41,616 nt of DNA from positions 1-41,616 of IMG/VR virus record IMGVR_UViG_3300031179_000057, one strand, 5' to 3'. This document shows positions 1 to 9,208 of this stretch, piece after piece. The DNA is from a virus. Lineage: Duplodnaviria > Caudoviricetes. The position numbers were made by a program, and so were the translations under genes. The notes below the pieces were generated by a model. It searched no databases. It saw only the letters and a list, made by a program, of their open reading frames with translations, and was not told where the DNA came from. The first letter of the stretch is position 1, and each line of letters opens with the position of its first letter.

Positions 1-50
1 AAGTTCGTCCATCTTTTGCATGAAATCGGTGAAAATTTTGCCGAGGACAG

Positions 51-78
51 TTGACGAATGTTGGAAATATAGTATAAT
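51..78 (+). promoter_or_regulatory. sigma-A-type promoter
   Basis: TTGACG (51-56), 16-nt spacer, TATAAT (73-78). Confidence 0.7.
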
Positions 79-103
79 AGAATCAAAAATATGCTAAGAA
101 GAG

Positions 104-152
104 GAAGCACCTCCAAAGTTCGACATTTGACGACGGGTGCTTCTTTTTTTAT
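104..152 (+). terminator. intrinsic terminator/attenuator directly after the promoter
   Basis: GAAGCACC (104-111) pairs with GGTGCTTC (136-143), followed by a T run. Confidence 0.7.
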
Positions 153-195
153 CCGCCTCGAAGGTGGACATCTTCCAAAACTTTTTTAGGAAAGG

Positions 196-654
196 TTGAG
201 GATGATGAGGAAAAAAACGCAAGACACGAATGAAAGGAAAATGAAGATGCTCAAGGCGCCCGACCGCAGAGGTTTCAGGACCGGCCAAGTGCGGCGCGAA
301 TCCTTTGGAAACTCCGTGCGGAACGGCGTCCGCGCACCTTTGCGGGGGCGAAACCATAGCGGTCCCGGCAGGCCGGAATCCCGATGGATCATTGGCGAAC
401 TTGGCCACGCCAGCGGCATGACGGAAAAGGGAGGATTTCCCGGGAACTTCAGAAAAAGCTCCAAATCCTCTGCCGGCAGGAGAAAAAACGGGTGGAACGG
501 AAAAGCCGGGCTTGTCTTCATTCCCGGAATGATGTTCGATGCCCCGATCCGCCCCAAGCGCAAACCCAAGCCGAGTCAGGCCGATATTGAAGCGGAATAC
601 CGTCTGGAACGGGTGTATCACCAGTTTTTCCGGCGTCCCGTCAAACCCAAATGA
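196..654 (+). CDS. hypothetical basic protein (doubtful; only the C-terminal part may be real)
   Basis: AGGAAAGG RBS-like site before TTG; Arg/Lys-rich; no recognised domain. Confidence 0.3.
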   Translation: MRMMRKKTQDTNERKMKMLKAPDRRGFRTGQVRRESFGNSVRNGVRAPLRGRNHSGPGRPESRWIIGELGHASGMTEKGGFPGNFRKSSKSSAGRRKNGWNGKAGLVFIPGMMFDAPIRPKRKPKPSQADIEAEYRLERVYHQFFRRPVKPK

Positions 655-703
655 CGTAGTGGCGGCGGTTCGCTTCAGGCTTTGGGCAGGGAGGGAATGG
701 GCT

Positions 704-826
704 TTGAGAAAGGCAATTGTTCTTTTCCTTTTGATCATCATTCTTCTTCCGGGATGGCTGGCCGTTCACGCTTACAGCGAACCTTCTCCCGCAACACTGA
801 ACGGCTTTTTCGACACGGATACATAA
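704..826 (+). CDS. small secreted peptide (40 aa)
   Basis: GGGAGGG RBS then TTG; MRKAIVLFLLIIILLPGWLAVHA looks like a signal peptide, followed by a 17-aa polar tail. Confidence 0.45.
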   Translation: MRKAIVLFLLIIILLPGWLAVHAYSEPSPATLNGFFDTDT

Positions 827-1189
827 CCGCAGGAGAAGCTTGGTTGCCATAAGTCATAATCCAGAACACAAGGGAGTGTGATAGTGGAGGGATTGAAGGG
901 TTCTCACCCTTCGCTAATTCCGGCGGAAGTGGGTGACACGGGATGCTTTGGATGTACCTGCTCTTGGCCGGGCTGGCGGTTTTCGGTTTTGCGCTCAGGC
1001 TTGTGGCCGCAAAAGTAAAAGGGACGCCCGGCCCCGCAAAGGTGGTCGTCCCCAGCCTCGCGATAATCGGCGCGGCAACGCCGTTTCATCCCTTCATCGC
1101 CTCCATTATACACTCCTGATTCCAACCATTCATTGGAAAAATCCTGATTGCACGTTTTACTTCTCATTGGAATAAATGGGGAGGTTGCC

Positions 1190-2437
1190 ATGCTGAAACG
1201 TAACTACATGGTGTACGTGATGTTCATCATGATGGCGGGTTTCCTTTTTCCTGTGCCCGCGGCAAGCGGCCAGTCGACTGACCAGCACGCCAACACCGGA
1301 TTCCCCGACGTTCCGTCCACCCACTGGGCCTACGAGGCGATCCAGACCGGTGTGGAGCGCGGGTATATCAAAGGGTTTCCCGACGGCACTTTTCGCCCCA
1401 ACGACCCCGTGACCGCGGCGCAGTTCATCAAGATGGCATTTATGTCGCTCACCGATGACTCCAGGGGATTTGTTTTTTGGAGCGAGAAGTATCTGAATAT
1501 GGTGCCCGATTGGCGCCGGGCGCGTCTGGTTCAGGACACCGCCAATTTTGAGGATGGAACGCCTTGGTACAAAAACTACATTGAGACGGCCAAGAACAAC
1601 GCCTTCATCCATGACGAATTCGACGGCCGTTTCGACGAGCCCATTACCCGCGAACAGGCGGCAAAATTCATTTCCAAACTCGATACCATCTTCCGCGGCC
1701 ATCATGTCCGGGAGTACTCCATGCTGGCGGGTGCGCAGCTGTTCAAGGATTTTGACCAGGTGGACTTCTATCTGCAGGAATATGTGGGAGACGTCGCCCT
1801 TCGCGGGATCATGATCGGCAACAACGGGTATTTCAACCCGAAGGGTAAAATTACCCGGGCGGAGGCGGCCAAGATCTGCCTCCTTCTCATGGACGATTCA
1901 AAACGTACAAAGGTCAACGTAAGCCTTGAGGGAATGCCGTATTCCATTGTCCCTAATCCGGGTTATGGCACGATGATCTTGATTTTTGAAAACGAAGAAA
2001 TGAAAAGAGTCTATGACGAAATGCGAAGCCGACAAAAGGACTATCCGGGGGCGACGGATGCTGAGGGTGGAAGTCTTGGATACTATGAAAACGAAGAATT
2101 GAAATACGAGGACTACAGAGCTTTCTATTTTTGGGACATTGAGAACTGGAAAGTAAGGTATGACCTGAGTCTTGGTTTTTCCGGAAACGTCTATGGAATG
2201 GGTGTGGCTACGGCAGAAGGACGGCTAGAGAGGGCTAGCGGGGAGATCCTGCATTTTCTGTCGCTCATTTTCGAGAATGAAGCCGATTCCGTCTACCGGC
2301 TCATTGAGTCCGTTGTTCTTAAGGCCCGCCAAGGCGTAAACGAGACCGTGGAAAAAACGGTGGAAGGTAGGCAGATCTTGATCGTCTCGCATGGAGATGC
2401 GCTCAACATCAGCATTTCAGCATACCGGGACAAATAG
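1190..2437 (+). CDS. S-layer homology (SLH) domain protein
   Basis: GGGGAGG RBS; signal peptide; SLH motifs FPDVPSTHWAYEAI..GYIKGFPDGTFRPNDPVT, ITREQAA, FNPKGKITRAEAA. Confidence 0.9.
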   Translation: MLKRNYMVYVMFIMMAGFLFPVPAASGQSTDQHANTGFPDVPSTHWAYEAIQTGVERGYIKGFPDGTFRPNDPVTAAQFIKMAFMSLTDDSRGFVFWSEKYLNMVPDWRRARLVQDTANFEDGTPWYKNYIETAKNNAFIHDEFDGRFDEPITREQAAKFISKLDTIFRGHHVREYSMLAGAQLFKDFDQVDFYLQEYVGDVALRGIMIGNNGYFNPKGKITRAEAAKICLLLMDDSKRTKVNVSLEGMPYSIVPNPGYGTMILIFENEEMKRVYDEMRSRQKDYPGATDAEGGSLGYYENEELKYEDYRAFYFWDIENWKVRYDLSLGFSGNVYGMGVATAEGRLERASGEILHFLSLIFENEADSVYRLIESVVLKARQGVNETVEKTVEGRQILIVSHGDALNISISAYRDK

Positions 2438-2458
2438 GAAGGGAAGGGTGAGAAATAA

Positions 2459-4900
2459 GTGCGCGGAAGAAAAGCGAAAAAGGCCGTTTTGCTCCTTGTG
2501 TCTCTGGCGCTTGCGGCGGGCCTTTTTCCGGCGTTTCCACCTGAGGCCAAAGCCTCCACCCTTTCTTCCCTTGCCGCGTGCGAAGCGGCCTACGACGCCA
2601 AATTTCCAGGTAAGAACCCGCCCAACGGCATCAAGTGCGTAAAGCGGGCGGGAAGTAATGTCTACCTCTTTTTCAACTACAAACTGTATGAAGATACACT
2701 GGCGGCAGGGGAGCCGGTTCTGGCTTACGGCACACCGGAAGCGGCCAACGGAGCGTCTGATTTTCGGACTTATTGGAAGGACAGCAACGGAAATAAGCGC
2801 ACGGACCGCCAAGGCATTCACCCTTATTTTAATAAGGGGGGACAAGCTGGCGAGTACCGATACTACGGGTGGGATGTCAACGGCAACCTGTACACCAACC
2901 CGTATTTTCCCGACGATAAAAACAGCGGCATCGATCCGAGCCTGAAAAAATATATATACCGTCCATGGTCAAGTCCTCTTCTAAACGGAAACCGAAACAA
3001 ACCAAGCGATTTCGGTCCGTTTTGGAGAGAAACAACGCAGATCAAAAGTATCGATGAAATTTACACTCAAGGACTCGTAGACGAAGCCAACAGAATCATC
3101 AAAAGCAGCCAAGTGACCGTCAAGTACCAGGCCAAGGACGTGGTGACGGACACCAACAACCCCAAGAACCTGTTCGACTACATGTACGTGCAGCAGGCGC
3201 CGACGAGCCAGCTGCCGGGGTCGGGGCGGCTGTTTCACCAGAGCGATAACGGGACTATCTGGTACCAGACATATATGATTGACCCCCTTATCGACAAGAT
3301 CAAGCCCGGCGTGACGGCGGAGATCAAGCCGAAGACGGAGATCAAAACGGACCTTGGAAAGCTCAGCCCCTCGTTCACCTGGTCCTGGGAGCTTTCCGGC
3401 AAGGTCAACGATGACGATTACATAGATGACTCTTTCGAGAGGGCTTTGTATTATACCCGTTACGACGTTGAGAAATGGGAACTTGAGGTCACCTATTCCT
3501 GGCCCGGGGGATCAAAAAGCGAAAAACTTTCATCCACAAAGAACGGCGATCTGGTTTTGCAAAACGAAAAACAAAGAGCCGTCCGATCTCCCGATCTTTC
3601 CATCACATTTGACAAGTCGGTTCTGAAGCAAAACGATGAGCTCATCATTACCCTGACGGCCAAGGCGTACTATTACAAAAAATCTTCGCCGGATGTGGGT
3701 ACGGCCACCTGGCGGGTGCGCTTTGACGGCACGCCGCCAACGGAACCGGTGGAGGTGACTCCGCCGGAGGAAGGGCCGGAACCTCTGGTCTGCAAGCCGA
3801 ACATCCCGGGGGACGCCTTTGACATCGTGCCGTTCCCGGCTTCCGACGACACCGATCTCTCCCGGATTGCCTCGCGCAGCGTCTGGGTCGACGGGAAACC
3901 GGTGGATGCGGACCTGTTCTTCAGCGGCGGGTACGTTTTTGGCGACGACAAAGACGGGCTGGTAACCGTCTCGATGAAGTGGACGCCGCTTCCGGGCGAA
4001 GACGAAAACGGCGCGACCATGTGCGACACCTACCGCATCGTCAACGTCCACGATACCAAGCCGCGCGCCCAGTTCAAATTGTACGGCGGAAGCTTCAAGG
4101 AAAACCGCAAAATGGCGGTGGAGAACACCTCCGATGACCCGAACGCCAACGATCCCTATGTGCTCGCGCATTACCCGCTGGTGGATGCGCAGTGGACGTG
4201 GCGGGCCATCGAAGGGTCCGATGCGGACCGGCGCATGCGGGTGGACGGCAAGGATTACAAGGAGTTTTTGTACAAAAAATCCGGCGAATATGAACTGACC
4301 CTTACAGTCACCAATGCGCTTGGCCGCGCATCCGACCCGTATGTGCTCAGGTTCACGGTCATTCCCGACCACGCGCCGGCGATCATCCTGCATCCGTATT
4401 CCAGCCAGATTTCGCGGACGGAAACGCTTCGGCTTTTCTACGACGCGGTCAGCACGGACGGGGACATCATCCGGAACCAGAAGGTCGAAGTCTTTTACGA
4501 TGTGCAAGGGAACGAGACCTATACGCAGAAAATCGCCGAATTTTCCGGACCGCTGGGAGAGGAATACTCACCGCCGGGAGGAAGACTCGGCAAATATCGG
4601 ATCCGCGTAACGGTGGATGAAGACTTTGGCCAGGAGACGTTCCCGGAATTCATCACCGAAGCGGACCGGCGGATAAGCACCGCGGAGATGGAATTTGAAG
4701 TCGACAACTACATCCCGTACTCGGACATTTACACGGATATACCTTCGGTCCGGCAGCAGGTGGACGTGGCGCTTCTTCTGGACAAAAATCTGGCTCAGAA
4801 CAAAATCGACGAAGTGAAAAGCGCCGGAGTGGAACTGAACAACCGGCTGCGCTACCACGGGATGGACCCGAACCTCCATATCTGGGACATGATTACATAA
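2459..4900 (+). pseudogene. large secreted/cell-surface protein (Athe_2463-like N-terminus, PKD/Ig-like regions), probably truncated by prophage insertion
   Basis: Signal peptide ending PEAKA; GEYRYYGWDVNGNLYTNPYFPDD motif; GEYELTLTVTN PKD-like strand; ends abruptly (WDMIT*) 57 nt from the integrase stop. Confidence 0.6.
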
Positions 4901-4957
4901 AAAAGTCCGATAGTCCCCGTGGTTACTGGGCATTTTTAACGGTGGTCGAGCTTTTGC

Positions 4958-6163
4958 TCACAATTTGACCACATTCTGCATTAGCTCGGAAAACTTCTCG
5001 GCAGCGTCCCGTTTCATCGTTTTCGTAACGTGGAGGTATATCCTTTCCGTAATTTCGGAGTCCTCATGGCCGACGCGCTCCATGATCGCAGGCAAGGACG
5101 CCCCGGCTTCGGCCAGGAGTGATACATGGGTGTGGCGGAAGGTGTGCGGGGTGGGTTTGAACGGAAGTTTCATCCAGCGCAAAATCCGATACATCCGGTA
5201 ACGCATTGTATAATCGGGAATCGGGTAGCCCAGAAATTTCCCTTCTATTTTGCCGAAAACAAAACCTTTATCGTGGTATGTTTTCCGATGCTGCATGCGG
5301 ACTTCGTTTTGGATTTTCCTCCAGGCGGCCAGTTCTTCCAGCACGATCTTGTCTACGGCTATTTTCCGCCTGGATTTCGGTGTTTTGGGCGATACGATTT
5401 GGTAGCCCTCGATCCGGCATTTTGGGATGAATATCGTTCCCTCGATACTGATCGTTCCCTCGTCAAAATCCACGTTTTTCCATTTCAACGCGCACGCCTC
5501 TCCAATACGCATACCGGTGTAGGCCAGTAGCAAGAAGAACGGATAATCTCCGGTAAGCCCGCGGCGTTTAGCGAGCTGGAGAAACCCTGCGAGCTCTTCT
5601 TTTTCCAAGTATTTCGGAATTTCCTCGTCGCCGCTCTTCTTTTCAATCGGCACCCTCACATAATCGGTTGGGTTGCTTTTTAGGTCCCCGTTTTCCACGG
5701 CCAGGCGGAAGATCGCCCGAGCCGTCCAGTGGATTTCCTGAACGGTCCGGCGGCCGAGATCGTTACAAAGTTCAAAAATAAACTCCCTGTACATCTTTCG
5801 AGAAATTTGCGGAAGCGGTGCTTTAGCAAACCGTTGATTCAATTTCTTTAAATGATATTCCTTTTGGACCAATGTGCTCGGCTTCCAACCGCTCAACTTA
5901 AATTCCCGAAACCAGTGATCCGCGTATTCCTCAAAAGTGGTCCTCGTCTCCTTTATAAACGTCCCCGCCGCCACCTGGGCCTTCACCTCGGCGGCCGCCA
6001 ACTCCGCGTCCCGGCGAGTATCGAAACCACTTTTTGTGAGCTGCTTGCGCTTCCCAGTCGCGGGATCAATCCCGATATCCACGGTGAACGACCACTTCGC
6101 TCCGCAGGTGCAACGCTTTGCATCCTTCGGACATTTACAACCGCGTCGTCTTATGTAAGCCAT
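4958..6163 (-). CDS. int: tyrosine recombinase/phage integrase with N-terminal arm-binding domain
   Basis: Catalytic motifs TGMRIGE (R), PKT (K), HTFRHT (HxxR), VGH (H), RIYLH (Y); GKRKQLTKSGFDTRRDA arm domain. Confidence 0.97.
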   Translation of the reverse strand: MAYIRRRGCKCPKDAKRCTCGAKWSFTVDIGIDPATGKRKQLTKSGFDTRRDAELAAAEVKAQVAAGTFIKETRTTFEEYADHWFREFKLSGWKPSTLVQKEYHLKKLNQRFAKAPLPQISRKMYREFIFELCNDLGRRTVQEIHWTARAIFRLAVENGDLKSNPTDYVRVPIEKKSGDEEIPKYLEKEELAGFLQLAKRRGLTGDYPFFLLLAYTGMRIGEACALKWKNVDFDEGTISIEGTIFIPKCRIEGYQIVSPKTPKSRRKIAVDKIVLEELAAWRKIQNEVRMQHRKTYHDKGFVFGKIEGKFLGYPIPDYTMRYRMYRILRWMKLPFKPTPHTFRHTHVSLLAEAGASLPAIMERVGHEDSEITERIYLHVTKTMKRDAAEKFSELMQNVVKL

Positions 6164-6178
6164 GAAAACCCCCCCCTC

Positions 6179-6775
6179 CTATTCAAATTTGATTACGTTC
6201 ATAACCATCTTCCCTAAGATCCGCGCCTCCGCCGGCGGGCAGACGATCGGTGGATAGTTAGGATTCGCCGACTGGAGCACCATCGTGCCGTTCTGCCGGT
6301 AGACCCGCTTCAAGACAGCCTCATCGCCAATCAGCACGGCGGCGATCTCGCCATTTTCCACAGTGTCCTGCTTCCTGATCAGCACGAGATCCCCTTCCTC
6401 GATACGGGCGCCGGACATAGAGTCGCCCTTCGCGCGGAGGAAAAAGTGCTCGCCATGACCGAGCCACTCCCGGGGGATGGGTTCGTAGCCTTCGATCTCT
6501 TCATACGCCAGGACACCGTTGCCGCAGCTGATGCGGCCGATGATGGGGATCTGGACCATCTCGGGGACAGGCGAAACACCAAACTCTTCGAAGAAAACTG
6601 TAACGGGAACGCCGAATATTTCCGCGATCTTTGTGAGCTTGTCCATAAGAGGTCTATTTTCATTTCGCTCCCAGGCCGAGACGGCGGTGGGAGCTACATC
6701 GAGTAGTTTGGCCAGATCGGCCTGAGTCATCTTTCGCTCTTTCCTGAGCTTCTTAATAAGATCACCAACACGCAC
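6179..6775 (-). CDS. CI/LexA-like repressor (HTH_XRE + S24 autopeptidase)
   Basis: MTQADLAKLLDVAPTAVSAWE HTH; ISCG cleavage site; GDSM and VLKR catalytic motifs; AGGAGG RBS favours GTG at 6775. Confidence 0.95.
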   Translation of the reverse strand: MRVGDLIKKLRKERKMTQADLAKLLDVAPTAVSAWERNENRPLMDKLTKIAEIFGVPVTVFFEEFGVSPVPEMVQIPIIGRISCGNGVLAYEEIEGYEPIPREWLGHGEHFFLRAKGDSMSGARIEEGDLVLIRKQDTVENGEIAAVLIGDEAVLKRVYRQNGTMVLQSANPNYPPIVCPPAEARILGKMVMNVIKFE

Positions 6776-6805
6776 CTTCCACAACCTCCTTATCCGGCAT
6801 GATTT

Positions 6806-6920
6806 TAACATATAGCTGTAATTTTGTACAGTAAAAATGAATTTTCATCATTTCGTCGAGGTGAAATTTACATTTATTCTGTAATTTTGACTTGCTACTA
6901 CAGAAAAACTGTATTATCAT
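6806..6920. promoter_or_regulatory. lysis-lysogeny switch: TACAG-N5-CTGTA operators and rightward promoter
   Basis: TACAGAAAAACTGTA 6899-6913; TACATTTATTCTGTA 6869-6883; degenerate copies 6806-6820 and 6827-6841; TTGCTA-17-TATCAT (6892-6920). Confidence 0.75.
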
Positions 6921-6944
6921 AGAGCTACCGGGAGGTGATGAGGC

Positions 6945-7172
6945 TTGAAATTCACGATTGAGCAGGCGCGGAAAATCAGCGGAAAGACCCAGGTTGAAGT
7001 CGCAGCGCGGCTCGGGATGTCCGAAAAAACCTACATCCAGTACGAAAAGTACCGGAAGATATTTCGGATGGACACCGCTGCTCGATTCGTGGAGATCGTC
7101 GGTATCCCCATGGAATCCATCATTTTTTATCGCCCCGAACTACAGAAAAACTGTAGCGAAAACACCGCCTGA
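6945..7172 (+). CDS. Cro-like HTH regulator
   Basis: Divergent from the repressor; KTQVEVAARLGMSEKTYIQYEK HTH; GGAGGTG RBS. Confidence 0.9.
   Translation: MKFTIEQARKISGKTQVEVAARLGMSEKTYIQYEKYRKIFRMDTAARFVEIVGIPMESIIFYRPELQKNCSENTA
7140..7156. promoter_or_regulatory. distal operator inside the cro 3' end
   Basis: CTACAGAAAAACTGTAG, with a core identical to 6899-6913. Confidence 0.7.
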
Positions 7173-7187
7173 AAGGAGGTTCGCCCA

Positions 7188-7391
7188 ATGAATGATCTTC
7201 CAAACATCCTCACCGCACAGGACATCGCCAAATACCTACGCGTCGGCCCAAAAGTCGTCTACGAACTCATGAACATTTCTCCCGCTCATGGCGGAATCCC
7301 GTCATTCCGCGTCGGCCGGCGCGGGAAGCGCGTGGAGAAAGCGGACTTCCTCCGCTGGCTCGCCGAGCGAAAGGAGGTCCGAACCGGATGA
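7188..7391 (+). CDS. xis: excisionase-like HTH_17 protein
   Basis: LTAQDIAKYLRVGPKVVYEL...IPSFRVGRRGKRVEKADFLRWL; AAGGAGG RBS. Confidence 0.8.
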   Translation: MNDLPNILTAQDIAKYLRVGPKVVYELMNISPAHGGIPSFRVGRRGKRVEKADFLRWLAERKEVRTG

Positions 7392-7642
7392 CCACCACCA
7401 CGAAGCCTATCATCGGGATGAACCGCACCAACCAACTCCTCGCCATCTGCCTGTTTTTCTTGGGCCTGGAGGAACGCGCGCTGCTCGAACGCCGCCAGCC
7501 CCTCGCCCGCTGGGCCCGCCGCATGTATGAGCGGTACCGTGACCGGCTGGATCGGGTGCGCGCCGGAGAACCGGACGTGGCAGCCCGGTCGTACCGGCCG
7601 GCGCGGGGGATGGAGCCGCCGGAGGAGGTGACGACACTGTGA
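7388..7642 (+). CDS. hypothetical phage protein
   Basis: RBS; ATGA overlap with the previous gene. Confidence 0.65.
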   Translation: MTTTTKPIIGMNRTNQLLAICLFFLGLEERALLERRQPLARWARRMYERYRDRLDRVRAGEPDVAARSYRPARGMEPPEEVTTL

Positions 7643-7830
7643 AGGAACACATCCGCCGCATTCAATTTTACTGCCGGAAGGCCGCCGCATACGCAACGGA
7701 CCGCAGACCGCGGAGCCAACGCAACAAATACCGGTTCGACCGACTGATGGCGTACAAGGCCGCCCTGCACCGCAGGATCGAAGCCGACGGGTACCGCTGG
7801 CGGGCGGCGATTGAGATGGAAGGGAGGTAG
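7639..7830 (+). CDS. hypothetical phage protein
   Basis: GGAGGAGG RBS; GTGA overlap. Confidence 0.65.
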   Translation: MKEHIRRIQFYCRKAAAYATDRRPRSQRNKYRFDRLMAYKAALHRRIEADGYRWRAAIEMEGR

Positions 7831-7836
7831 ACCGGA

Positions 7837-8223
7837 TTGGTGACGCTCACAGCCCAGCAACAAACGACCCTCGACGCGATGCGCGTTACCATCGACCGGT
7901 TCCGCCGGAACGGCGCGAGCGAGCATAAGATCCGGAAGCACGTCGAGGCTTGGACCCGCGCCTATCCGGACGACATCCGACGGTACATGGAAATCGCGCT
8001 ATTCGAACCGTGGCGTCTGAACATTCTCGACGACGACAGATGCCCGAAGTGCGGCGACCAGGCATACCTCACGACGTTCTACGGCCGCCTGATGCGGAGC
8101 CTGGAAGGACAGACAGCGTGCATGTACGAAGTGCACTGCCCGGCATGCGGCTGGCGAGGACACACGCCGGTCGAGGTGGCCAGGTGGCTGCCAAAACGGG
8201 CAATGTTTGCGAGGAAGAGGTGA
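7837..8223 (+). CDS. hypothetical protein with C-terminal zinc ribbon
   Basis: CPKC...CPAC; GGGAGG RBS. Confidence 0.7.
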   Translation: MVTLTAQQQTTLDAMRVTIDRFRRNGASEHKIRKHVEAWTRAYPDDIRRYMEIALFEPWRLNILDDDRCPKCGDQAYLTTFYGRLMRSLEGQTACMYEVHCPACGWRGHTPVEVARWLPKRAMFARKR

Positions 8224-8231
8224 CCCGCACC

Positions 8232-8384
8232 ATGCCCGACACCTTGCTGTGGATCGCGGAAGCCTGTGACGGTGACCGCTACGATCGGTGGTTGCGCGAG
8301 CATTGGACGCTCGAAGATGCCATCCGCGGATATTCAATCCTGCAGGCCGCTGTTGAGGATGCGTTTGAGAAAGGACGGTCTTAA
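8232..8384 (+). CDS. hypothetical phage protein (50 aa)
   Basis: GAGGTGA RBS then ATG; MPDTLLWIAEACDG... Confidence 0.6.
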   Translation: MPDTLLWIAEACDGDRYDRWLREHWTLEDAIRGYSILQAAVEDAFEKGRS

Positions 8385-8519
8385 ATGGACGACGCACGTT
8401 TGGAAAAGCTCGGCGACTACTTCGTCCACTTCCGCATCCGTGAGCGGTACGGTATCACATTCGAGGAGTTCGTCCGCCGCGTGGAGGCGGGGACGTGGGT
8501 GGCGTATCTGGCATCTTGA
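8385..8519 (+). CDS. small hypothetical phage protein (44 aa, not in ORF track)
   Basis: AAAGGA RBS; MDDARLEKLGDYFVHFRIRERYGITFEEFVRRVEAGTWVAYLAS; fills the operon gap exactly. Confidence 0.7.
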   Translation: MDDARLEKLGDYFVHFRIRERYGITFEEFVRRVEAGTWVAYLAS

Positions 8520-8537
8520 AAGGAGGTGAAACCAGAC

Positions 8538-8879
8538 ATGGACATCATCAACCTGACGCCTCACGACGTGCACGTCTACGACGCCGACGGAAAGAACATC
8601 ATCAAGACCTACCCGGCATCCGGCACCGTTGCCCGGGTGAAGAGCTCGACCGAAATCGTCGGCAAGGTGGACGGGATCGAAATCGCACGTACCACGTTCG
8701 GCGAAATCGAAGGGCTTCCGGACCCGAAGCTTGGCACAATGTACATCGTCTCGCTGCTTGTACTTCAGGCGACCGCCGGGAAACGCTACGACCTGATCGG
8801 CCCCGACACCGGTCCGGGCAGCGTAGTGCGGGATGCTGAGGGGCAGATCGTAGGGGTTCGGCGGTTCCAGGTTCTGTGA
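8538..8879 (+). CDS. conserved hypothetical phage protein
   Basis: AGGAGGTG RBS; IINLTPHDV...GLPDPKLGTMYIVS...PDTGPGSVVRDAEGQIVG motif pattern. Confidence 0.8.
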   Translation: MDIINLTPHDVHVYDADGKNIIKTYPASGTVARVKSSTEIVGKVDGIEIARTTFGEIEGLPDPKLGTMYIVSLLVLQATAGKRYDLIGPDTGPGSVVRDAEGQIVGVRRFQVL

Positions 8880-8896
8880 AGGAGGTGAGCACGAGA

Positions 8897-9118
8897 ATGG
8901 ACAAAGCCGTACCGCTCAGTGCGAACATGGTCGTGCAGATCCATGCCGCTACGAAAGCCATCACCATCTACGAGGGCGAAAGCGCGGATGACGGTGTCTA
9001 CTTCCCGGCCAGGTCGATCTTCATCAACGAGCGCGGGCTGCGCGTGCTGCGGGATGTGCTGATCGAGATGTTCCCGCCGGAAAAAGAAAAAGAGCAGCCG
9101 CAAAAAGCGACTGCGTAA
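8897..9118 (+). CDS. hypothetical phage protein
   Basis: GGAGGTG RBS before ATG 8897. Confidence 0.7.
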   Translation: MDKAVPLSANMVVQIHAATKAITIYEGESADDGVYFPARSIFINERGLRVLRDVLIEMFPPEKEKEQPQKATA

Positions 9119-9208
9119 AGAAAAAACCAACCTTGCCGCCATTCTACCACAGAGTGGCGGCCAGTAACAAGCTTGGACCGGTGAGCCGGCATGAAAGGAG
9201 TGAAATCA

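Noticed and set aside
904-1089. Small minus-strand ORF (MKRRCRADY...) with TATAAT and GGAGG upstream
   Set aside because: Signals are suggestive, but the -10 is too close to the RBS and the product has no recognisable features; not enough support
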